Below are positions 28,524 through 36,980 of a DNA stretch of 36,980 nt, piece by piece; within the stretch, counting starts at the first letter, position 1, and each line of letters begins with the position of its first letter. The stretch lies in contig CAZBPC010000024.1 of assembly GCA_964493715.1 (NCBI GenBank), positions 1 to 36,980 of the forward strand. Reading direction: 5' to 3'. The notes under the pieces were generated by a model. The model was not told the DNA's origin. It worked only from the letters and a program-made list of their open reading frames with translations, and did not search any database. The translations under genes were made by a program, and so were the position numbers. This DNA comes from an uncultured archaeon (GTDB taxonomy: Archaea; Asgardarchaeota; Lokiarchaeia; Sigyniarchaeales; SOKP01).

Positions 28524-29369
28524 TTATAAAGTTCCCAAGAAATTCGAAATATTTGAAGATCTGGGTATTTCTACTTCAAAATAATATTCTATTACTTCAT
28601 ATAAATATTCTAAATAAGGAATTTGAAGTTGTATTCCCCGTATATTAGCGATATCATAAATAACCTTTTTAGAATATAATTTTTCGTTTTTCTTCAAATT
28701 CTTAATCATATCTACAATAATTCCAGAGAGTTGATAAATTCGATTGAGTTCATTTTTCAATAAAATCATACCCATTACTGGGTCAATCTCATTTAGAAAG
28801 GTCTGAATTATTGTTCTTTCGACCTTGATACGCTTTGAGGTGAGAATATTGTCATCATCTTTCAAAACCTCGTTTTCTTGAATAACGATATGATTCCCGT
28901 GATGCGTGTTATCATATTCATTAAGATGAATGATCTCGTAGTTAACATTAAAAGATTCACTACAAATAAACTTGAAAAAATTTGAGAGATGTTCATTTAG
29001 AAAATCTTTCTCAGATATTATGATAATGGTTTTTTTTCTGATTATAGCTTTTAAAAAATATGCTAACACTGAAGCTGTAAAATTCATTCGGATTAACGCT
29101 ACATCAATTGATCGAGATAAAATATTAGTATCTTCATCGATTTCTTGTTTTGAGTCTGATGTTGGTAAATCAATCTGAAAATCAGCCATAAATGAATCTC
29201 TTACAGTTAAATTTTTATCTACATAAACCACAAATGAGTGATCACAAATTATATTTTCTGAAACATTCACAGCGTATAAACCTCTAGTGGTATTTTTAAC
29301 TTTTTCTTCAGAAACTTCAATTTTACCTCTTTTAGAACAAGATGGACATCTAACTTCAAGATTTACTAT
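28524..29369 (-). CDS. Zn-ribbon (CPxC...CxH) protein with possible DENN-like C-terminal region
   Basis: Frame is open 33 codons upstream of the track's GTG 29270, giving (M)VNLEVRCPSCSKRGKIEV...GLYAVNV...ICDHSFVVYVDKNLTVRD. The only plausible start is ATA 29369 after GGTGG. Confidence 0.78.
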   Translation of the reverse strand: MVNLEVRCPSCSKRGKIEVSEEKVKNTTRGLYAVNVSENIICDHSFVVYVDKNLTVRDSFMADFQIDLPTSDSKQEIDEDTNILSRSIDVALIRMNFTASVLAYFLKAIIRKKTIIIISEKDFLNEHLSNFFKFICSESFNVNYEIIHLNEYDNTHHGNHIVIQENEVLKDDDNILTSKRIKVERTIIQTFLNEIDPVMGMILLKNELNRIYQLSGIIVDMIKNLKKNEKLYSKKVIYDIANIRGIQLQIPYLEYLYEVIEYYFEVEIPRSSNISNFLGTL

Positions 29370-29517
29370 GATTCGCCACCAATTTCCAACATTTATTTAT
29401 AAATAATCTAGAAACGATTATTATATAAATTTTCTTCATAATTGTTAATACTTACGAAAAAATTATGGTTTTCAGATTGAATGGTGGGATTAAGAAAAGT
29501 TGAAATAATCTCGAATT

Positions 29518-29997
29518 CTAAAATCGCCTAACTTTAGCATAATTCTTCTCAAAATAATTAGCAATGAGTAAACAAATCAATCCACCTATTACTTCTGCTA
29601 ATAAAAATGAAAGTTGCCTATTATTAAAGGATAAACTTATGAAAAATGTAATGAAAAAGATTATGGTAAAGGAAGCAAAATTGATTAGTAGAGGACGTAC
29701 TATAGAATTCTTAAGAATTGCCTTGATCTTTGAAGAATATGATCTAGACTTAATATATTGACGCTTGATTTTATCTGTTCTTTCAACCTGAGCAAAAGCT
29801 TCATAAATAATAATTGTTGCGAAATACAATGCAAATGTAGTACCAAGAGGGATTATTGTGATGATCAAGTAATTTCCTACTTGTAATAAATATTGACTAA
29901 TCGCGATGTATAATACTTGAAATAATCCGCAACCTCCAAGTAATATAAGAGCGGTTGAGATATATTCTTTTGAACTCCAACGAATTTTAAGCGGCAT
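29518..29997 (-). CDS. Hypothetical membrane protein (~4 TM)
   Basis: Start ATG 29997 (MPLKIRW); the track's extension to 30060 overlaps tRNA-Val. Confidence 0.78.
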   Translation of the reverse strand: MPLKIRWSSKEYISTALILLGGCGLFQVLYIAISQYLLQVGNYLIITIIPLGTTFALYFATIIIYEAFAQVERTDKIKRQYIKSRSYSSKIKAILKNSIVRPLLINFASFTIIFFITFFISLSFNNRQLSFLLAEVIGGLICLLIANYFEKNYAKVRRF

Positions 29998-30020
29998 TTT
30001 GATCAGTTGTTGTAGGTTTA

Positions 30021-30096
30021 TGGTGGGCCAGGAGAGGATTGAACTCCCGACCTTCTCCACGTCAAGGAGACGTCATAGCGACTAGACCACTGGCCC
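30021..30096 (-). tRNA. tRNA-Val(GAC) with encoded CCA
   Basis: GGGCCAG/CTGGCCC acceptor, TCTCC-TTGACGT-GGAGA anticodon arm, GGGAG-TTCAATC-CTCTC T arm, ACCA end. Confidence 0.96.
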
Positions 30097-30190
30097 ACGA
30101 ATGAAAATTGTGATTAAGTTAATTATAATGTTAAAAAATAAATATTTTATTAAAATTACTCTCCAATTTAAAAAAATAAAAATAATTAAT

Positions 30191-31414
30191 TTAAAATTTC
30201 TTCTCTCTTAAGGCCTTTATCATAGGGAGCTCATGCCCAGAAAGAAGTTCTAACATAGCTCCTCCTGCTGTAGAAATAAACGATACTTCATCAGCTTTTC
30301 CTGCCATTGAAGCAGCAGCACCCATTTCACCACCACCAATCACAGTTAACGCATGATTTTTCTTAGTAGCTTCAGCCATAGCATCAATTATCTCATTTGT
30401 AGACTCCCTAAAAACTTCCTTTTCAAATATGCCTGGTGGACCATTTGCAATGATAGTTTTGCATTTCATAATGATGTCAATGAATTTTTTCACTGTTTGG
30501 GGACCAATATCACCGGTAGTCATGTTATATGCCTCAGCTTCATCTATAGTGATTATTTTTCTGTTCCCATTATCGTCAATCACTAAATCTACTGGAAGGA
30601 TGATTCTTTCCTTGAATTTTTCATATGTTTCTTTAATCATGGTATGGTTCTCTTCTAAGTCTTTAGCTATGATTTTATGATTTGGTTCTCCCATATTTTT
30701 GCCAAGCGCTTCAAATATTAATACCGCTGTCAAACCCGAGCATAGGGCGTAATCCAGTTTATCGCTTTCAAAATTATATTTCATGGCTTTGAATTTATCT
30801 ATTGCTTTTGCTCCACCGATAAGCATTGCCATGGGTCTATCTGGTACGTCTATAATTTTTTTTAACACACCTAATTCTTCATCGGTTATAGGTCCAGCAA
30901 GCATTTTTGGCCAACCAACAATAGATGCATGAGCACGATGAGCTGCACCAAATGCATCCACAATAACGTAATCTACCAAGGGAAACAATTTTTGTACTAA
31001 TTCAGTTGCTTCAGCATCGGAGAAATTCTTATAATTTTTCATTTCTCCTTCAAATTTTCGTACATTATCAAGAACTAATACCTCTCCAGGTTTTAATTCC
31101 TTAATTGCCTTAATCGCTTCCGCACCAAAAATGTCTTTGACAAATTTTACGGGACGCCCTATTTCTTTCTCAATTTCTTTTGCATGCAAACTCATGTCCG
31201 TAAAATCGGGATCTCCAGGTCGTGACTGATGAGCTAAGATAATAACAGCACTTTTCTTAAAGTAATCATTTAATGCTGGTGCTAATGCTCGAATTCTGGG
31301 TGAATCTCTAATTTCCATCTTTTCCATATCAATATTTGAGTTGATATCTACTCTGATAAGAACCTTTTTACCTTTTAGTTTTACATCTTTATAAGATGTG
31401 TAGTCAATTTTCAT
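30191..31414 (-). CDS. pgk: Phosphoglycerate kinase (archaeal type)
   Basis: RVDIN, AHQSRPG, LDNVR, DAFGAAHRAHAS, GGAK, DIGP, NGPPGIFE, STAGGAMLE. Confidence 0.97.
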   Translation of the reverse strand: MKIDYTSYKDVKLKGKKVLIRVDINSNIDMEKMEIRDSPRIRALAPALNDYFKKSAVIILAHQSRPGDPDFTDMSLHAKEIEKEIGRPVKFVKDIFGAEAIKAIKELKPGEVLVLDNVRKFEGEMKNYKNFSDAEATELVQKLFPLVDYVIVDAFGAAHRAHASIVGWPKMLAGPITDEELGVLKKIIDVPDRPMAMLIGGAKAIDKFKAMKYNFESDKLDYALCSGLTAVLIFEALGKNMGEPNHKIIAKDLEENHTMIKETYEKFKERIILPVDLVIDDNGNRKIITIDEAEAYNMTTGDIGPQTVKKFIDIIMKCKTIIANGPPGIFEKEVFRESTNEIIDAMAEATKKNHALTVIGGGEMGAAASMAGKADEVSFISTAGGAMLELLSGHELPMIKALREKKF

Positions 31415-31622
31415 TAATTACCACTTTTTATTTTTTAGATTAAAATTGTAAACTTATAATCTTGCATTGCAATTAAATTTTAATTCGTATATAAGCAATT
31501 TTATAATCTTTTTTATAACTGTAAACCTAAGGCTCTTTAAAGATATTATTAAATTTACAGAAAAGTTTAAAGATTTTTCATAGTTTTTCAATTTGACACA
31601 TATTCACATAAAGGTGATTTGA

Positions 31623-32402
31623 TTGGAAAATATCAGAGAGATACTTAAACGATTATTAGAAAAAAGATGTTCAATAGATGATGCAGAAAAGCTCTTGAAA
31701 GCTAATTTGATTGAAGAAGTTGGAGATCTTGCAAAGTTAGATATACTTCGTAAAATGCGTACTGGAATTGTAGAAGTAATATATGCTGAAAACAAAAGTG
31801 CTGATATGATTTTGCAAATAATCAAATCTTTTTTAGGAACAAATAAGTTTGCAATTGTCTCGAGGTTTACAGAAAATCAACAAAATGCCATTATTAGGGA
31901 ATTTGGAAACAATTCTGAGTTGTCAATAGAATATAATGAACTAGCAAGAACTATCATTATTAAACTCAAAAATTTTGAATTTAAAAAGAAAGATGGTATT
32001 GTTGGGATAATAACTGCTGGAAGTTCTGATATTCCTGTTGCAGAAGAAGCTAAAGTAATTGCTGAGTCAATGGGATGTAAAGTTGTGAGTAGTTATGACT
32101 TAGGCATCGCGGGTATACATAGAATTTTTAATCCATTGAGCAAAATGATAAAAGAAGGAGTTCAAGTAATCATCGTTTGTGCTGGGATGGAAGGTACTCT
32201 TCCTGGGGTTGTGGCAGCTTTAGTAGATATTCCAGTTATTGGGGTTCCCATTTCAAGTGGGTATGGTTTAGGTGAAAAAGGAGTAGGGGCTTTAACAACA
32301 ATGTTACAATCCTGTTCCCCTGGATTAGTAGTAGTAAATATCGATAATGGATTTGGTGCTGGAGCTTCAGCAGCTCTAATTGCTAATAAAATAGCAGAAT
32401 AA
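31623..32402 (+). CDS. larB: Nickel-pincer cofactor biosynthesis carboxylase/hydrolase LarB
   Basis: AKLD..R..RTG..EVIYAENK, TAGSSDIPVAEEA, GIAGIHR, AGMEGTLP, PVIGVP.S.GYG, SCSPG..VVNIDNGFGAG. Confidence 0.95.
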   Translation: MENIREILKRLLEKRCSIDDAEKLLKANLIEEVGDLAKLDILRKMRTGIVEVIYAENKSADMILQIIKSFLGTNKFAIVSRFTENQQNAIIREFGNNSELSIEYNELARTIIIKLKNFEFKKKDGIVGIITAGSSDIPVAEEAKVIAESMGCKVVSSYDLGIAGIHRIFNPLSKMIKEGVQVIIVCAGMEGTLPGVVAALVDIPVIGVPISSGYGLGEKGVGALTTMLQSCSPGLVVVNIDNGFGAGASAALIANKIAE

Positions 32403-32474
32403 GATTTTCTATTTATGAATAGACCCCAATAAAGAATTTAGTTCAGTATTTGAAACTGATCCACTTCAAATCAA

Positions 32475-32499
32475 ATTTGAGATTTGAATAATCTCAAAT
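32475..32499. promoter_or_regulatory. Perfect 10-bp inverted repeat (operator or terminator candidate)
   Basis: ATTTGAGATT-tgaat-AATCTCAAAT between larB and the next gene. Confidence 0.4.
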
Positions 32500-32645
32500 G
32501 TTATTTTTATTTATTATATTTTTCCTTAATCAATTTAGAAATATAAGGTCCAACCAAACGAAAAAAGTATATATATATTATAAACTAAGATTTTGCATAA
32601 TTAAAATAAACATTTAAAAAATTATAATAATAATAGTGTATAAAA

Positions 32646-33314
32646 ATGACACCTACATCCGCATCTCTTGAAGCACTGTCTAAGTTAAGGCAATTAAATC
32701 CCGATACTGGATGGTATATTGTTACCTTATTGGTAATAGTGTTATATATTTACGGAGTTGAAATTAAAAAAGCGCGAGAAACAAATAATTGGAGCACAAT
32801 ATTTGCTGGTTTGACTATTTTAGGGCTGGATCTCATTAATGAAATTTGGAACGCCTTGGTCTTCGCATTTAGCGATTACTCAGCCTTTTGGACTACTCCC
32901 TCTGCAAGTGGGTTCATAATATTAATTGGGTGGAACATTGAGATAGCTTTTATGTTTTCTATCGCTGGAATTGTATTTGCGAAATTTCTACCCGAAGATA
33001 AAAACCAGAAATTTTTAGGGCTTCCAAATAGATGGACATGGGCAATCGGGTTTACTATTTTTAGTGTTTTTGTTGAATGCCTTTTAAATATGGGGGGTTA
33101 TTTGATCTGGGAGTACCCTTGGTGGGATCTTAGTTTGGGGGGTATTTGGTTAATTTTCTTGATTGGGTATTTTCCTTTCTTTGTTGGAGCGTTTTATGTT
33201 TATGATTTACCAGAGAGAAAAGATAAAATAAAAGTTGTAGGATTAATTTATGGTATCAGTATCATCCTATTATGCATTTTTGGACCCTTGCTTGGCCCAT
33301 TAGGTGTATTTTAG
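32646..33314 (+). CDS. Conserved-looking hypothetical polytopic membrane protein
   Basis: About 6 TM; NEIWNAL, WTTP, GWNIEIAFMF, PNRW, VECLL motifs; followed by a long T tract. Confidence 0.82.
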   Translation: MTPTSASLEALSKLRQLNPDTGWYIVTLLVIVLYIYGVEIKKARETNNWSTIFAGLTILGLDLINEIWNALVFAFSDYSAFWTTPSASGFIILIGWNIEIAFMFSIAGIVFAKFLPEDKNQKFLGLPNRWTWAIGFTIFSVFVECLLNMGGYLIWEYPWWDLSLGGIWLIFLIGYFPFFVGAFYVYDLPERKDKIKVVGLIYGISIILLCIFGPLLGPLGVF

Positions 33315-33580
33315 AAAATACCCTTTCTTTTTTTTTTTAATTTATATTCTTTATTTCCTTTTAGTCAAACAAATATTTAATTAATTCAAAACCGAAAAAA
33401 CTAATACCAACTTAATGATTTTGCTATGAGTAAGATGTTATAATTATTAACTATTTACCCGTTTTTTAATATCACACATATCATTTGAACGATCTAAAAC
33501 CTTATATAGGTAGATCTCTATTATTTATATTGAATCTTATTCTTTAATCTAAAAAAAATAAAAATTCTCGTTTGAGACTT

Positions 33581-34111
33581 ATGGTCGCTGAAATCGACTA
33601 TTTTCAAAAATCGAAAGTATTTTTTAAGCAGGGAGATATTCCAGCAACATTGGAAAGCTACGAAAAAGTTATAGAGCATTTACACAATCAAAAGGAACAT
33701 AAATTAGAAATCATAGAATTCCTTACAAAGATCCTAAATTACTGCCAAGAAAATGAGTTAATATTAGAAGAGGCTACTGTATTGCGGGCACTCGGTAGAA
33801 CTCACACTAAGTTCAAAAATCATATCGAGGGCTTGAAATTTTCTTATCAAGCATTAAAAATTCAGAAAAAACTCGGTAAGAAACAAGATGTAGCTGAAAG
33901 TTTGCAGTTTCTGGCGGAAGACTTAGAAGTTTCTGGAAATTACGATGAGGGTATCAAAATTTATGATGAAGCAAGAGAAATGTATAAAGAGTTAGGAAAG
34001 TTAAGAAAGGTTAAGGACATTGAAAAAGAGATCTCTCGCTTAAAAGCTTTTTCAGAGAATATTCTTGAAGATGAATATTTAATGAACAAATTTCATGTTG
34101 ATAGGTATTAA
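33581..34111 (+). CDS. Tetratricopeptide-repeat protein
   Basis: EATVLRALGR...YQALKIQKKLG...VAESLQFLA...GNYDEG...YDEAREMYKELG TPR pattern; likely ATG 33581. Confidence 0.82.
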   Translation: MVAEIDYFQKSKVFFKQGDIPATLESYEKVIEHLHNQKEHKLEIIEFLTKILNYCQENELILEEATVLRALGRTHTKFKNHIEGLKFSYQALKIQKKLGKKQDVAESLQFLAEDLEVSGNYDEGIKIYDEAREMYKELGKLRKVKDIEKEISRLKAFSENILEDEYLMNKFHVDRY

Positions 34112-34133
34112 TAATATCGACCTTTCCTTTTTT

Positions 34134-35408
34134 TTAATTTTCTTTAATTAATTTCTGATATAAATTTTTAAGCTTTTCTTGAGCAAATATTTGAACTATC
34201 TTCATCGATAATCCTGATAATTCACTAATTTTGTTGAGATCTTCATATTCTGGCTTGATATTAACCATATATTTTTGATCTAATGTTTTAATGAATGAAA
34301 TCTTGTATTTTATTGGATAATTCTTTCCATCAATTTCTATATCTATATTGTCGTAAATTCTCTCAACACATATCCTATCAAAAGTTGTGAATCTAACTCC
34401 TAATGTGCCCAATTCATCCAACAGTATGTTTATTATTTCAAATTTTTGGTCAAGAGAGCATAAAATCTTAATAATATTACTTGGTCTACTTTTTTTAGTC
34501 CAAGCAGGTATTATCTGAACATCTAATATCTTTTCGGATTCTAATCTTTTCATGAGATGCCCAATGATTTCTCCAGAGACATCATCTACGTCAGTCTCAA
34601 TAATTGCTATTTTTTCCATGTATTTCTCAAAATTACTAGTCGAATTAAAATCATAACCATAAAAAATACGAAATAGATTTGGAAAATTAGTAAAAATCTT
34701 CTGTCCCGTACTATAAGAAATTTTTTCGACATTCATGGGAGGTTTTTCACAAGTAAAAGTGAGATTTTTCAGCAAAGCAGCCCCTGTTGGGGTTGTTAAT
34801 TCACTGTCAATAGGTCCAAAATGCACGCAAATACCAGATCTTTCAATAATTTTAGAAGTAGCAGGCGCCGGAACGGGTAAGATACCATGAGCCGTTTTAA
34901 TTGTTCCCCCTCCTAATGGGAGGTCACTGATTGAAATATGCACTTCTTTTCTAAATACACCTAATGTTTCTAATGCTCTCGTTACTCCTAAAATATCCAA
35001 TAAAGTATCAATTGAGCCTAATTCATGTAGATGAATTTCTTCAGCTAGTTTTCCGTGAACATTAGCTTCAGCAGTGATTAGTGAATCAAGTACGTTGTTA
35101 GCATATTTTGTTGCATTTAGTGAAAACTTTTTTTCCTCCATAAAAGCATTCAGTGCGTCTTTTAATGTTTTTGTAGAGCGGTGATCCTTATTCTCCTTAA
35201 TTATCACAATAAGTTGGTTTACTTCAATACCAGATCGTTCAATCTTCGTCAAATTTACTTTAAAATTAATAATTCCTGAGATATATTTTGAAATTTCATT
35301 GAGTTCATCTATAATTTCATCAGGGTTATCGATTAATCCTAATAAACCAGCAAGTAGCATATCTCCAGATATCCCTGAATTTGTTGTATCAATAAACATC
35401 GTTTTCAT
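34134..35408 (-). CDS. larC: Nickel-pincer cofactor nickel insertase LarC
   Basis: GISGDMLL, AEA.VHG...HLHELG..DTLLD, AHG.LPVPAPAT, ELTTPTGAA, ETDVDDVSGE, KKSRP, GTLGVR, KPEYED. Strand is minus (CAT at 35406-35408, TTA at 34134), contrary to the track label. Confidence 0.95.
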   Translation of the reverse strand: MKTMFIDTTNSGISGDMLLAGLLGLIDNPDEIIDELNEISKYISGIINFKVNLTKIERSGIEVNQLIVIIKENKDHRSTKTLKDALNAFMEEKKFSLNATKYANNVLDSLITAEANVHGKLAEEIHLHELGSIDTLLDILGVTRALETLGVFRKEVHISISDLPLGGGTIKTAHGILPVPAPATSKIIERSGICVHFGPIDSELTTPTGAALLKNLTFTCEKPPMNVEKISYSTGQKIFTNFPNLFRIFYGYDFNSTSNFEKYMEKIAIIETDVDDVSGEIIGHLMKRLESEKILDVQIIPAWTKKSRPSNIIKILCSLDQKFEIINILLDELGTLGVRFTTFDRICVERIYDNIDIEIDGKNYPIKYKISFIKTLDQKYMVNIKPEYEDLNKISELSGLSMKIVQIFAQEKLKNLYQKLIKEN

Positions 35409-35571
35409 TTGCTTGTATCTCCTCTTTTATACTAACTTCAAAAAAAAAACTTCAAATTGAATTATAATTCTCCAGAAATACTAAAAAAATTAAATTGAAA
35501 TAATTTTGTACTTATATAAGTATTAAGATTTAACAAAATTAAATTAAACTATTAATTGTTAAGGCTTGCAC

Positions 35572-36309
35572 ATGAGTGAACTTCAAACTGTAAAATGCTA
35601 TTTAAACCAATTACCTGCTACGTTTTTAAAATTACTGGGAATCGATCCTCCCTTAAAAATAATTTCACCACCCGTTCAAGATCTTATAAATCTGTATGAG
35701 AGGGTTGACCGTATTAGTGTTAATCTGATTGATAATTTTGGATTATTTGAATTAACATATCATAAACCACAATTTCTAATTTCTAACTCGGAAGTAATGC
35801 TCTTATTGTCTACTAGAAACCCCTATACTCTAGGTGTTCTACATCAAATTATGTATGGAGGGTTTGATGTAGAGCCTAACGGATTTCATTTACTAAAATA
35901 CTTGAATGATAACAACAAGAAATCTTGTTTTATTGGAAGACAAAAAGATATTGAACGATACGATGGAGGAACGCACTCTATCGCTAAAGAAACTGATATG
36001 GCAACTTGGGTTGAATCTGCAAAAACTATTAATAATTTTGAACTCTCTTGGATGCACTATCTTGATTTTGAAAATCTTCATAAACAACAACGATCTTTAA
36101 AGCAAAGAACACCAGAGGATTTAATAGAAAAATTAATTTTACGCACGGATAAGTGGATATTAAGCAATTATAAACAATTAAGACCTAATTCACTAATGAT
36201 TATTTTAGGAGATCACGGGCGTGTAAAATTGGATTTAGAATACTCAGGGAAAATTGCCCAATGGAGAGAAGCAAGTGTCCCAATTGCAATTGTAATTAGA
36301 AAAAAATGA
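35572..36309 (+). CDS. Compact alkaline-phosphatase-superfamily-like protein
   Basis: LIDNFG (DxxG), HYLDFENLH and IILGDHG resemble AP-superfamily metal motifs; much shorter than typical members. Confidence 0.6.
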   Translation: MSELQTVKCYLNQLPATFLKLLGIDPPLKIISPPVQDLINLYERVDRISVNLIDNFGLFELTYHKPQFLISNSEVMLLLSTRNPYTLGVLHQIMYGGFDVEPNGFHLLKYLNDNNKKSCFIGRQKDIERYDGGTHSIAKETDMATWVESAKTINNFELSWMHYLDFENLHKQQRSLKQRTPEDLIEKLILRTDKWILSNYKQLRPNSLMIILGDHGRVKLDLEYSGKIAQWREASVPIAIVIRKK

Positions 36310-36401
36310 TTTCTCAATTTAAAAAATTGATTATTACGTTAATAAACTTTATTTCTGTTTAAATCTAAAAAAAAGATTATTCACCACATGGAAGAATTAA
36401 G

Positions 36402-36914
36402 ATGGAAGAATATAAGCGCTTTACTGTATCTCTCCCTAAAGATTTATATGATAAATTTGAGATATTTAGGGAAAAATTGGGTATATCTCGTTCAGATGGT
36501 ATTAGGAAAGCCATGCAATCATTGATGATTAGTGAACAGAATATCCCCGAAACTCAAGGAAATGTTATCGGTTGCATTTCAATTATAATGGCTCATGAAC
36601 ATTTTCAACCCGGATCAGAAGAACATCATCATCCAGAGGGAGAAAATCATGATCGTGAGCATGATCATCATTATGGATCCCAACCAATCTATGCCAGCGT
36701 GCATCAAACCGATGAGATTCTAAAAAATGATATCCAACATCATTTTCATGATATTATCATTTCTACAATGCACGTTCATTTAGAGTTCGAAAAATGTTTA
36801 GAAATCATTGCCGTATCTGGATCCTACAATCGAGTAATAAAATTAAAGCAAGATCTTCAAAGATTAAGAAGTGTATTATCTTTGGGCTTCTTTATTATTG
36901 ATAAAGAGAGTTGA
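36402..36914 (+). CDS. nikR: Nickel-responsive regulator NikR with His-rich insertion
   Basis: Ribbon-helix-helix RFTVSLP...SRSDGIR; Ni site QHHF...TMHVHL...CLE. Confidence 0.92.
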   Translation: MEEYKRFTVSLPKDLYDKFEIFREKLGISRSDGIRKAMQSLMISEQNIPETQGNVIGCISIIMAHEHFQPGSEEHHHPEGENHDREHDHHYGSQPIYASVHQTDEILKNDIQHHFHDIIISTMHVHLEFEKCLEIIAVSGSYNRVIKLKQDLQRLRSVLSLGFFIIDKES

Positions 36915-36980
36915 TAAAAGAAGAAGAAAGAATAAAAAATTCAGGTTCAAAAGGTAAAGCAAAAGGATAAGGCGATTTGT

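Noticed and set aside
22560-30020. Possible integrated element between the two convergent tRNAs
   Set aside because: No integrase, transposase or viral gene, no duplicated tRNA 3' end seen, and no obvious compositional shift.
29998-30060. N-terminal extension of the 29518 ORF
   Set aside because: Overlaps tRNA-Val; ATG 29997 is the plausible start.
33581-34111. alpha-SNAP homologue
   Set aside because: Only generic TPR similarity is visible and it is shorter than SNAPs; cannot be supported without a profile search.
34134-35408. ORF track labels larC as + strand
   Set aside because: The + strand shows CAT at 35406-35408 and TTA at 34134-34136; the given protein reads from the reverse complement.
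363-36100. Numerous short antisense or overlapping ORFs in the track (e.g. 363-617, 3312-3611, 3615-4031, 6835-7293, 8644-9024, 19581-19955, 20389-20619, 30353-30680, 31604-31825, 35893-36100)
   Set aside because: They are shadows of well-supported genes, with no motifs of their own.
1-36980. CRISPR array, rRNA, IS elements
   Set aside because: No regularly spaced direct repeats, no long GC-rich RNA-like tract and no transposase ORF seen.

Overview
AT-rich, gene-dense archaeal chromosomal segment that I infer comes from an Asgard archaeon (Lokiarchaeia/Promethearchaeota). The basis is an ESCRT-II/Vps4/ESCRT-III cluster, HEAT-LRR and longin-like proteins, archaeal PGK, Nip7 and Nop2-like genes, and a tRNA with a bulge-helix-bulge intron. 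In order, the window holds the 5' end of an alpha-glucan phosphorylase, sugar-metabolism genes, a bacterial-type NAD+-dependent DNA ligase, an HD-domain protein opposite a CYTH protein, and a Nop2-like methyltransferase. Next come a translationally coupled winged-helix regulator plus 7TM-longin-like membrane protein, Nip7, the ESCRT cluster (Vps22/36, Vps25, Vps4, CHMP1-3-like), a PfkB kinase and intron-containing tRNA-Gly(GCC). The last part has a block of membrane proteins/hydrolases, UspA, a Zn-ribbon/DENN-like protein, tRNA-Val(GAC), pgk and a nickel locus (larB, larC, His-rich nikR). No mobile element or CRISPR array was seen. Best candidates for novelty: (i) the 7TM-longin + wHTH two-gene signalling module beside the ESCRT locus, (ii) probable ATA start codons, including on ESCRT-III, (iii) the Zn-ribbon/DENN-like protein and (iv) the NikR with a His-rich insert in the lar locus. 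The supplied ORF track lists larC (34134-35408) on +, but the sequence places it on the - strand. All family assignments are by-eye motif recognition; no searches were run.
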